Below, in pieces: positions 1 through 29,300 of a DNA stretch of 64,000 nt. The translations under genes were made by a program, and so were the position numbers. The stretch's first letter is position 1, and each line of letters begins with the position of its first letter. The notes under the pieces were generated by a model, which saw only the letters and a list, made by a program, of their open reading frames with translations, was not told where the DNA came from and ran no database searches. The stretch covers positions 35,098,437 through 35,162,436 of the forward strand of contig NC_092672.1 in assembly GCF_964355755.1 (NCBI RefSeq), in the 5' to 3' direction. The stretch comes from Antedon mediterranea (Eukaryota; Animalia; Echinodermata).

Positions 1-66
1 AAATATTATAGATGAGACAGCAATTAGTATTACTCACAAAGGGATGACAGACAGAGTAAAGCTAAC

Positions 67-3000
67 CTGTAGAAATTGTAATTGTGCTTTCTTCGATTTC
101 ATCATTCTTTTCAACTCGTTCAACTTCCTTTTAAAGATAACAATGATTAATTATTATATTAACAATGGAAATTGTAAAATACTTTAAAATGGCTGTATTA
201 ACAATTAGAACAATAAATTATATAGACAATAAAGAGTTCCATCTTGCTTGTTTGTGACGAATACCCTTTTCACATCTGCAAAATGTAACAACTTGTAACA
301 AGTTGTAACCAGGTTTGCATAGTGTGAAGACAATTTTGTGGAAAATCTCCCGAGATTTCACAGTGGTCCCTTGTGAATCTCGGAAGAAAAACACTTTCCT
401 CCCGAGATTTCACAAGGTTTGCGTATGCGTGTGTGAAAACATGTAATAAGTCGGGAGATCAAACCTGGTTACAAGTTGTAACAATTTATGCAGATGTGAA
501 AAGGGTATTAGGGTGTGAAATTATTTAATTTAAGTTACAGTAGTTGCATATTGTTATGATAACATAAATCTTTATTGCCATGAACACGAAATTTGGTTGT
601 ACTGTGGTAACATATTTTTTGCAGGAACATTTAAACCTGCAAAAAATCATATTGAATGCAGTACATAGAAATAAAAAAAATACAGAACTATCTTTGGAAA
701 GAAGAGTTAGATACAGTAGAGATAAAAAAGGTATTATACTAATTGGAAAATTACCATGGTTTAAGGGTCTTTCACACCTGTTCTGGCATAGTTCCGGACC
801 GGCGAATTGAACATTAATGTTTCGTTTTCACGACGCAATCGATATGCGCATAGCCGCGTGAAAACAATACATTGACGTTCAATTGGATTTTCCTGCGCCG
901 GACCGGAACTGTGCCGGAACAGGTGTGAAAGACCCATTAGGCATGGACCTATAGTCCATGGTTTAGGTAAAATTGACCTTTTTATAATCAATTCAAGGTC
1001 ACGGCATGTGTTACTGTTTACTTCCTATACTACTGACAAATGACATCATGACGTACGTCTAATGTCAATTTACCTGGTTTTGCTCCGATTCATCTGCAAT
1101 CAATCCATCACCATTCATCGGTAAACCTAGAGCGTGTAATGTATGCTGTTCATCTTCCGACAATTCTGGAAGCTATAATAAAACAACTTAAGGAAGTACA
1201 TTTACACTCTCCCAATACCAGACACCCATTGGTCTGGCCCAATGTCTGCTTTCCTGAAATTCTAAATGTGTTTTTAATAGTAAAATAGAGACCTTTTGGA
1301 CATCAAGAAAAGTCTTGTTTTGGGGGTCGAGTTTCTGGTTTTCAGAAAGTCCAGTATTGAAGTCTTACGTATTTCAATTACAGCACCCTGGAGATTGCCA
1401 TTGCTAAGCACTATCGAATTGGCTCTCCATACTGCACAATCAAACATATAAAAGTAAATAAAACAGAAATAACAAAATTGAAAAATTGCGTAGTATCAAA
1501 ATAATCATTAAAATACTTCGGACCCAAACAATCGTGGCCATAAATAACAAAAACAAAACTTTAACAACTAAATAATCAATCTCCTAAATAATAAGTAAAT
1601 AAACTGAACCGAATCTCTTCCAATCAGCAAAATTATCTGTAAATGATCTAGAATCAAAGAAGAATATGTTCTGGTCAAAAGGGGCACAGAAGCATTAAAT
1701 GCTTTAAGTCTCAAGATCCAGGTAGATTTAAAAACTGGTCCTGATCCGCTTGGGCCTGATCGCCTGTGGTACAGATCAACAAATCAACAGTAATGATAAT
1801 GGTGATTATATGGAGTAGGCAAAACGTGGGAATGGCAATGTAGAGGAGAATGATCATAATCATAAACGTAGAGGAAAATGGAGATAATGATGTGAAGGAA
1901 AAAAAACATCATTGATGATATTGTTGATGCGTCATCGATGATATTAATGATGCATCATTATCATCTGCAATCCGTCTGTTTAGATGATGATGTTTTAACG
2001 CATGCTATTGTCAAATCAACCTTTCATCAGGTGACATTTTGAACTCAGTATCTTCAGCTGATATGGACAACTTAACAACGGGTAAGCATGTATTTACCTC
2101 ATGCCCACTAGCAACTTCCAATTTCTTCATGCTTTGACACACTGTCAGTAGCTGTGTTTGAAAGAATTGAGCAGCCTCAAGCTGTGCTTTCTTTAACTCT
2201 TCAGTTTCTTTGATGATTGCAGCATAATCCTTCTTTACTTCATGTAATCTTGCAAGTAAATCAGGAGGGTTTATCTGAAAAAAATATTTACTTTAATTAC
2301 ACAACCGAAATTGTAGTGTGCTAGTGATTACCTGTATGTTACTTTGAATATCCAGTGTATTTGAATATCCAGGGTCTTTGAATATCCAAGGTCTTATTTT
2401 TTCATATCCATGGTAGTTTGATATCCAGGATATTTGGTATCCAGGGTACATTATTTGGATATCAGGGTACATTATTTGGATATCCAGGGTAGTTGGATAT
2501 CCTCCAGGCTAGTTGGATATCCTCCAGGCTAGTTGGATATCCAGTATATTTTGATGTCCAGGGTATATTATTTGGATATCCAGGGTATATCATTTGAATA
2601 TCCAGGGTCTTTAAATATCCAGGGTCTTACTTTTAATATCCAGGGTAGTTGGATATCCAGGGTACATTATTTGGATATCCAGGGGTTTTTTAACATCCAG
2701 GGGCTTAAAACAGCTAGAGAGAAAAAAACAATGCTTTTTTTAAATTGTTAAAAACAAATAATGTGGATTGACTAAAAAGCAAAATCAATAAAAAAGAGTA
2801 CATAACATTTTTTTTAAATCTGAAACACAAAAGAAATTGTATGTAACAGCTTATAATAAGCAAAACTGAATTTAGAAAATGGAATCACAAATATAAAATA
2901 TGTAAAATTAGTTTAATTGAGAATCTATTTGTCATTTATGTGGTGAATTGACTTTTAAAACTATGAATTAAATAAACAGCAATGAACCGCAGCTAGCAAT

Positions 3001-4172
3001 ATGTTTATCATCAGTCATTGCAGCAGTAGAATAATATTCAGACCTTTTCAGCAAAATTGTCATCAGCGAACTCTGACTCAAGTTTTCGTGACATATAATC
3101 TAGATCAGATTCTGCTTTCTGAAACTGAAAAAAAATGTAATAAATTATACGGAGGCCTTTAATAAATAAATTTTACACTACCTACACAACACAAAGTAAC
3201 AAACAAAAACACAACAATCATCTTTCCAAAAAAACATTTTCATTGTAACTTGATTTAATTTGTCATGCAAAACTGGTCAAAAAGTGTGCTGTCAGCCTTA
3301 ATTTTAGATAGGCCTAGTATATGATAGGGCCTGACTGATGTAGTTAGGCCTAGTACTAGGCTAGTAGTATGTCACCTCATTCGACTCGAGAGAGGCATAA
3401 CTTCGTAAGGGAGCTATATTTAATTTTGGCTAGGATAGTAGTAGGGCCTAGGGATTAGGCCAAGTTGAGCCGCCGACAAGTTGAGCCGCCGCCAGAAAAA
3501 CGTTATTTTCTATGGAACGCCAAATGCTAACTTTCGCCGGTGCTCTTTCAATTTATGTTAGGGATAACCATATTATAATTAAAGATTCAATTCAATAAAA
3601 TATGATATTAAAAGATTAGTAAATAAAAAATAATATTTATTTAACCTCATTCGAAAAATGTTAATACTCTATTAATTAGTACGTTGTAGGCCTACACGCG
3701 AGAAAAATTATGAGTGCACTGAATTTTTTCCTCGAAAGATTAAAAACAATTAAATTATTAAATATTACTACTTTCCTTTGCTGTGTTAATTGTGATAGGC
3801 CTATGTAATTATATATAATTTATTTTCATGACACAATAAACCAAGACCAAATGAACTTATGTACTAGGACACCATCCTAATCACTACGCGAAATGTCGTA
3901 AAAGACGCATGCACTGGGCGTTTCATAGAAATCACCGGCGGCTCAACTTGTCGGCGGCCCAACCGGTCATATCCCGGGCCTAGCTAGCCTACTACTTGAG
4001 AGAGATATTGTGAGAATATCAATATATTACGTACCAGAGCCTCTACTTTATTTACGGCACTTTCCATCGCATGCTCTAAAGGTTGAATGCCACTATTTTC
4101 AACTGCGCATTTGTTTAAACTGACAACGACATTTCTGTCGTCGCCACTACCTAATTCTTCGCTCGCCGCCAT
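67..4172 (-). CDS. SKA2: Spindle and kinetochore-associated protein 2; 3' end runs off the window
   Basis: GT-AG exons 4172(or 4067)-4035, 3124-3044, 2274-2098, 1172-1074, 127-67 join in frame: [30 protein letters not shown]..|INPPDLLARLHEVKKDY.., matching the recalled SKA2 N-terminus ([21 protein letters not shown]). Confidence 0.9.
262..507. mobile_element. MITE-like foldback element
   Basis: TIRs TACCCTTTTCACATCTGCA / TGCAGATGTGAAAAGGGTA plus inner IR TTGTAACCAGGTTTG / CAAACCTGGTTACAA. Confidence 0.7.
764..936. mobile_element. PIF/Harbinger-type MITE
   Basis: TIR GGGTCTTTCACACCTGTTC / GAACAGGTGTGAAAGACCC, flanked by TTA on both sides. Confidence 0.75.
2345..2703. repeat. Degenerate tandem repeat built on GGATATCCAGGG
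   Basis: Many variably spaced copies of (TT)GGATATCCAGGG in a SKA2 intron. Confidence 0.8.
3451..3975. mobile_element. Non-autonomous DNA transposon in SKA2 intron 1
   Basis: GGGAT...ATCCC termini, imperfect TIRs containing GCCGCCGACAAGTTGAGCCGCCG, flanking direct repeat GGGCCTA (3444-3450, 3976-3982). Confidence 0.8.
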
Positions 4173-4330
4173 TTTTTCGAAGTTTTCTCTCTTGAATCAA
4201 TGGAGCGTAACCAATGGTCAGCGTTAGAATGAGGGCGCTGTTGATGACAACAACAAAATAACAACATTTTTTCTGATCAATACTTGAATTTGGCGGTTTG
4301 TGTTTTGTGTTAATTTATAATAACATTTAC
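4173..4330. promoter_or_regulatory. Probable bidirectional promoter SKA2/STK36
   Basis: Divergent ATGs at 4172 and 5017; CCAAT at 4211; GAGGGCGCTG at 4231; CTAG/AGGCCT-rich tracts on both sides. Confidence 0.55.
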
Positions 4331-5016
4331 ATTAGAATGTTTTAGTAAAAATGAAAAAGTAGACTAGTAGTAGTGGTGCTAAGCTAGGCCGGGTCGATCC
4401 GCTAGGCCTATGTAGTCTACAATATGTAACATTAATAGCTAGCCTATAAATAGGACCTAGCCAGGCTAGTACTAGTAGGCCTACTAGGCTAGTATATAGT
4501 AATTAGTATACTCTAGTCTCTACTATCCTAGCTAGCCTGGAGAGCTAGCCTAGCCTTCCTAGCATTATATACTAATAGGGCCTAGATGTATAGGTAGGCG
4601 ATGTACTTGTGTAGTAGTAGTTATCAGGCCTAAGTAGTAGCTAGCTAAGTCTATATACCTTTACTATATAGAGACCCTACTACAGACAGTAGTAGAGTCT
4701 GCCTCTTTCTAGCCTATCTACTGGACTAGATAGAGAGGCCTAGCTGGGGCTGAGTTGTTGTGTGTTGCGTATTAAAGTTGACTGGGGCCGGTTTAGTGAC
4801 GGTATTTCATTTTTTTTTAAAGTAATACTACAAGTCAACTTTTTGAAATTCGTCTAATTTGACATCATTTGGATAGGCTACATTCATACGATGTTACTTA
4901 TGCAAGTTTAATGTTTAATTTATTAAATATTAATTCATTTAATCAACGTCCAAAGGATGTTTTTTTTACAGAAATTCTAAAAAGAGGTTTACTATTAATA
5001 TTATTGAAGCAGAAAA

Positions 5017-22311
<17,295 letters not shown>

Positions 22312-22380
22312 AGGAAGACAAACTGACACTTCTGTCTAAAGATGCTAAATGGACGAATGATAGTGCACAATGACATTACA

Positions 22381-22544
22381 CAGGGCCGTAGCCAGGATCG
22401 GGGGTTAGGATACAAAGTACTTGAGCCACAGGCTTTTAACTATGTGGATTGTCAGAAATGTGTATTGGACATGTCATGGGTGGGGGTTCGCTGTGAAATG
22501 GGGGTTCGCCCTAACCTTAAAAACCCCACCTGGCTATAGGCCTG
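22381..22544. mobile_element. Small TIR element in STK36 3' UTR
   Basis: CAGGGCCGTAGCCAGG...CCTGGCTATAGGCCTG imperfect TIRs; no clear TSD. Confidence 0.5.
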
Positions 22545-23335
22545 TTTCATGATCCTCTCCTCTTGGTTTGACCATGTCAATGAACTATAATGAGCAGGGC
22601 TGATTGTGTGACCATGACCTACTTATCTGGAAAAGAGTATTTTAAGTTCAGAACTTTAATTTACAATGTTTAGACCTTGCCACTACCCTAGCTGCCACCG
22701 ACCTCTACAATAGCTGCCACAGACCTCTACAATAGCTGCCACTGACCTCTACCCTAGCTCCCCTTCCCTAAATCAAAATCATGGATTCACCATATAGTTC
22801 TCTGCCATGATTTAAAATTTATATTGTGTGGTTCAATATGATAATTATATAACCATTTTAGAATTATTTAAATAAATTAATGAATGAAAACACCTTGATA
22901 AAATTTACATTCCATTTTCCTCCAAAATAAATATTTATTTTGTTTGTGTTTTAACTGTAAATTTTACTGTATTGTATATTTGAATGGTTGAGCTTGTACA
23001 TATTAAATGCTTTAAATATAGTAAATTGTGAATTTTTATGTTTGTTGAATTAATGATTTTCCTTTATTCATTGGTGTATTTCACATATTCAGCCAAAAAA
23101 CATTTTTTTTTCAATTAAGCAACATATGGATGAATAAGTACGAATTAAAAATATATGATTTGATGATTTTGAAAACAAAACATGTTTTTAAAATGAAATA
23201 TAAATATCGCGTTGTCAGTTAACGCGTTTTGTACATCGTGAAACGCAAAATCATCGAAACGCCCAAATGGTTTTTATCACTTTTGAAAAATCAGTCGTCC
23301 GTCGTGCGCGAACTTCAAAGTTCTCCACTACAAAA

Positions 23336-26300
23336 ATGAGTATTATAGAGCAAATACGTTGTTTACACCAAACAGAATTATTTAGTAGCTTGTCAATTTT
23401 GGTATTTAAACTTCATATTCTAAAATAAATATCGAAAGTATGTTATTATAATGAGTATTTTAGGCCTAGTTCTTAGGCCTCTAGCTAGGTAGGCCTACTA
23501 GGCCTACTTTACTACTAGGCCTACTACTACTAGGGCTAGAACAACAGACAGATAATGTTGTAGGCCTACCTATGCTGGTCACACAGTGCAGTGTAATGGC
23601 ATCATTCTCCGCTCTGGTTTCAGCATAGGCAAGTATGTAGGCCTAGACCTAGTAAGCCTAGTAATATACTTACTGGTCAGCCTCGAGAGCACCTACAGTT
23701 GCTAGTATCAGTTCGTTTTGACAGTAATTAAACAATTGTAAAATAATAAATTATTAATTATCACTGATTTTGTAATGTCATTGTCATTAATAATTATTGA
23801 TGCATTGCAGGGAAATTTAGTAATTACAGCATCCGAGCAAAATACTGAATTATTGACGCCATCTGAGAAGTACCAAGTGTTGGTCTATTATGCAGGTTCC
23901 TTGTATGAAGAGGAAGAGTATAAGCGAGCAGAGGTATATGTTGTTATTAAACAACATGGCGCTACTGTACTATTGAACCTAACTTGAAATAGCTAGGCAT
24001 AAGACTTTTTATTTTATTCAATTTGCAGATACAAAATTCAATACAACATACACAAATGACAATGATGCACGGCACTGAGGATTGCCATGAGTGCTAAGCA
24101 CTATCAAATCGGCTATCCATGCACGCACGACTTCATGGTCACTTACCATTATCGAGTTGCCACCCAGTGGGTGAATGTTTTTAAATTGGGTTAAAGCCCG
24201 GCCCGAAAGATTGTTGAGGTGTGAAAGTACAGTAGGGCCTGCAAAGACTGTTCAATTTTAAATATTAATATTGCTTTTTTGCTATTTTCTTTATAGGCCT
24301 ATTATCGGAGAGCTTTTCATCTAAAGAAATCCCTTAACCGATGCAAGGGTAAAAGTTCTCAGCCGTTGAGCTCAAGTGAGGCTGGCTTACCAACGGATCT
24401 TGATATTAAATACAGACTCTATCAGTGCAATTATAAGTTGAAGAACTTTTCAGAAGCAAAGGCAGTGGTCTGTAGTATTTAAAGCATCTAATATTTTAAC
24501 ATTTAAGTGACAATTATAACTAAAAGTAATAGTTAATAGTCCATACTTTTGCACATTCTAAACTTTCTTAAACTTTTTAAGTGTCGAGATAAAAAATGAG
24601 TTTCTCATTGTAAATTTTAGTTGAAAGCCAGGATGAGATCCCCTTAATTTAATCCATCAAAATTAAGTTGGTAACATTGCTCTGTACGCTTTGCACTAAA
24701 CTGAAAACCTGTTTTTTTTTATAAACTGCTATACTTCATTTAAGCTTGAGAGTATCCCGGCAAAACAGCGGAGTGCAAAGGTCAATCTAGCACTTGCTAA
24801 GCTTTATCAAAGAACCGGAACTGAACGTTCAGCAGCTACAGCTTTTAAAGAAGTTCTCAGGTAAAAGTTCATGTCATAGAAGATTTTAATACATATTAGT
24901 CAGCTGGAATGCTTATGATGACTTTAACGTTCTCATTGCTTAAAGCTCTGTCCACACTATCAAACTTTATGAGACAACAAAATGTGATGTGTCCATATAT
25001 GGACATGATGATGTCATGCCACTACGTTCTCATTGCTTAAAACTCTGTCCACACTATCAGTCTTTATGGGACAAACAAATGTGATGTGCCCATATATGGA
25101 CATGATGATGTCATACCACTACGTGCTCATTGCTTAAAGCTCTGTCCACACTATCAATCCTTATGGGACAACAAAATGTGATGTGTCCATATATGGACAT
25201 GATGATGTCATACCACTACAGTACGTTCTCATTGCTTAAAGCTCTGTCCACACTATCAATCCTTATGGGACAAACAAATGTGATGAGCCCATAGACATTA
25301 TGATGATGTCATACCACTACAATATTTGGGCACATTAATTACACTTTTTGGTCAAATAAAGTTTGGGTCACCGAGCTTAATACAGTATGTCATTGTATCT
25401 TTGTTTAGGCAATGTCCTCTGGCGCTTGAGGCAGCGCAAGGTTTACTAGCACTTGGAGTAAAAGGTGCCGAGGTCGAGTCGTTAACCATTAATAGCTTTA
25501 ACATCACTCAAAGTGTTGATTGGTAAGGTTTATATAGTCTTTTATAATTTTAACCTATTGTAATACCATGGTGACATTATATATCCATAGAAAAAGAGAG
25601 AAAAAAAAATCTTAATATAAGAGAGAACAAAAAAATATATATATTAAGTCAATGCAATAGAGTTTATGCACATGTTTACCTAAAATTAAGACCAATTAAA
25701 GACTACCAAAGTTGGAGACCCCTCAATATAACCCTGTCCCATCATTGAATGATTTTACAGACCAAAGTAGCTAAACAAATCACTTAAAATTTCAATATGA
25801 TAAGTAAAGTGGAAAACAACAATAGCCTTAGCTATAAAGTTATATTTTGTTCCAATATGTAGAAACACTACGATATGTTTTTAAAAGACTTCATGCATGA
25901 ATACTTGGAAAAAAGGCTACTCCAATTGAACACCCTTTAAAGGTGTTTCTGTCGCCTGTTAATCACACATCTCTGCTTTTCCCCTCATTGTATTTTTTTA
26001 ATGATTTTAAGGTTAAACTTTTGGGTCAGAGGTCATGCATTTGGAGCAGCTAAGGAGTATTCAAAAGCTATAGCAACATTCAAAAATCTAGAAACTACTG
26101 TATGTTGATGTGTATATTTTCCTTTTCTGCTGTAAAGCTCTGTCTACACTATCAAACTAGTTTGAAAAAAAAGTTTGATGTGCCCAAATATGGTTGTGAA
26201 ATTCCCAAATATGGTAGTGATATGACATCATCATGTCCATCACATCACATTTTGTTGTCGCATAAAGTTTGATAGTGTAGACAAGAGCTTTAGTTTCAAT

Positions 26301-29300
26301 GTTTTTTTTTAAATGTCATGCTGTCAAAAATGTAACACTGGAACAATACTTAATAGATTAGCTACTAAATTTCATTGGTTCTCGCCGTCCTAGTTCTGGA
26401 TATAAAACTTAATGCATCTGTCAGTATTAGAAAAGGTAAAAGATGGACCAATAGGTAGGAACCCAGCTGCAGGATGCGGTCAGTTCGTCCTAATTTGCCG
26501 TTTTTGACCTGTCTAGGTGAGTAGCATATATGTTAGTTTGATGATAAATTATAAGAAATTTGCTTTTTTTGAATGAATGTTTTAGAGTGTTTTAAAGGAA
26601 AACATCAACGTGTTAAGCAGCCTTGCTGAATATCACTTCCTGTCAGGTGACATGAAGAATGCTATTATTATTTATTCCAGAGTAAGTTATATTTCAGTCA
26701 CATATATTCACTCGTTGTATAAAGCTCTTTCTACACTATCAAAGTGACAAAAAAAGTGGGATGACGTGCCCATATATGGTAGAGTTATGATTAAATATGG
26801 TAGTGATATGACAACACAGTGTTCATTATGGGTACATCACATACAGTTTGATGGTGTAGACAGCTTAACATGTTTATCAATAATAACACTATAGAAGTTG
26901 TCTGGTGGAACAGTGCTATACAACATACTCTGGATTAACTTGGAGTATTATTATTCTGAAAGTATGCATGGTACTATTACCCTCTTGCAACCAGTTGTAG
27001 AAATGGCAAAACTTAAATGCAATCTTTGCAATGTTTGATTGTATATCATATATGTAAATATAATAATACATTATTCCAGATCTTATGAAATTAGTATGCA
27101 ATGAATTACCAAAAAACACCTCATTTGTTGAGGCTGTGACCTGTGACCTTATGTTATAACCAATGGCAATTGACTATTTAAAAAGGTTATTATATTCTGT
27201 TCATTGTGTGTATAGGTACACTCATTGGAACCACTGTTCTTAAAGGGTATGGACATATATGCCAGTATACTAGCTGCTAAAAAGGAAGTAAAACAGTTAC
27301 AAAAGTAAGGAATACCAGTCATGACTGTATTACATCATGCACTGGTGGAGATTGTTGGTTGGGGTTCGTGAATGGACACCCTCCTTACATTTTTTAGATG
27401 GGGGAAAACCCAAACAATTTCATTAATGCACCAACTTTACTCAGTCAGTGTCAGAAACCATGTTTTGTGTGTTGTTTTTTTTCTTTTCTTCTCGATTGCC
27501 CAATGAACAACCCCATCACCCCTCCCACCCCAACCTTATTTTACTCCTTATGTTGTTATTTGAAATTAAAAAATAATTTAGATTGTAATTTCAATTGTTT
27601 TCTTTTATTGGGCTAGTCTATCCACAGATCTTATATCAGTAACAGAGAAGAGTCCAGAATCGTGGATTGCTATGGGTTATTACTGCGCAGCATCTGGTAA
27701 CAAAGCAACGAGGGCGGTATACTTCGCTCAGAGAGTGAGTACACATCATTCAGTATAGTTTTACCAGGGCACTATTAAAAATATAGTGCCTTGGAAATGT
27801 AGCATATCTAGGACAAATATTGGTGTTGGAATTAGTTGAGGTTGTTATATTATAAAATATTGTCCTTAATGAGATATTTTGGGGGCACTATTATAAAATA
27901 ATGCCCTCAAAGTAAATCATGTTGGGCAAAATAGACATTTTTTGAATCAATAATGCCTCCCAAGTTGTACTTTTCCTTTCTAAATAGCTTTAACTTGGTG
28001 GTTAACAGGCTTTTCCATCCTAAGGTCCATGGTTCAATCCTGACCTAGTGCCAAAGTTGTAACGCACGACTCTTTCAACTCCACTCCCTAAGCCTGAAAT
28101 GAGACTTAGTTTATAGGCATGATAAATTATAAAATAGTTTATGCTCAGGGTTGGATCCGTATAAAAAAAAAGATCTACCCGATAATTTTACTTTGGGATA
28201 TGATACGATACAAGTAAATCTTTGTCCAAAGCAATTTTTCCTTTATTAGATGTCACACATTAAAGGTGGTTACTATACGTTTGTTATAAACTAAACTGAC
28301 AATTTGATATAATAGTATAGTATACAAATAATGAATGTTTATGAGTGCAATGGTACAAATAATGGCACGAGGTGAATGATGAAAGGTTATATCAACGAGG
28401 CAAAGCCGAGTTGATATAACCTTTCATCATTCACCAAGTGCCATTATTTGTACCATTACACGAATACAAAACATTCATTATTTGTTTTATATAACATCTA
28501 GACGTTTTTTTTTCGTACACAAAAATGTTTCAAAAAGTACTATTTAACGATCGTTGAATAGTGCGTACTATTGCACGCCATGTGACCCACATTCGTCCAA
28601 TCAAATGACAGGAATTTATATAGGTGTTATATAATATGTAATATTTCAGTAACATACTATAGTATAAATATATAATATAACTAGCTTAAATTTATACACA
28701 GTATGCATATTCTTAGATAACATGCAAGATATTCACAAAAAGAAAAAAATCTAATAACAAACATAATATGGTTGTGCCAAAATAAGTATCCCTAACAACT
28801 TTTATCTTGCATAAAGTAAGAAACCTAAGAATGAGCAATATCTGTAAGCATCACTGTAGTAATAGTTATAGTCCTGAACTATATGGCTGAGTCCATACTT
28901 TGATTTGGTCCCTGTTACTTCAAAAGATAATTAAATAAAATTAGAAATTAAGTATTATTATCATTATAATTTTTATCGATTTCTATACCCTAATCAGAGC
29001 CTTCATGTGCTAAAGTTTCTACATCTTTAGCATTACCATGATATGGCGCAGACCATACTTGGATTTGGTCCCTGTTACTTCAAAAGATAATTAAATAAAA
29101 TTAGAAATTAAGTATTATTATCATTATAATTTTTATCGATTTCTATACCCTAATCAGAGCACTAAGTCTAAGTTTCTACATCTTTAGCATTACCATGGTA
29201 TGGTGTATGAGATTAGCTTTAGAAACATTACAAAATATGTTATTCTAGTGATGCTGAATTTTAAATTAGCGTAAGTTTAAGTATATATTAGATAAAAACA

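Noticed and set aside
2533-2751. 72-aa ORF and other short AT-rich ORFs in introns
   Set aside because: Derived from tandem repeats or TEs, often with non-ATG starts, and no recognisable protein.
3036-3070. CTGATGA..GAAA..GTC hammerhead-like string on the minus strand
   Set aside because: Lies in a SKA2 coding exon and donor site (ADDNFAEK); stems II and III do not close.
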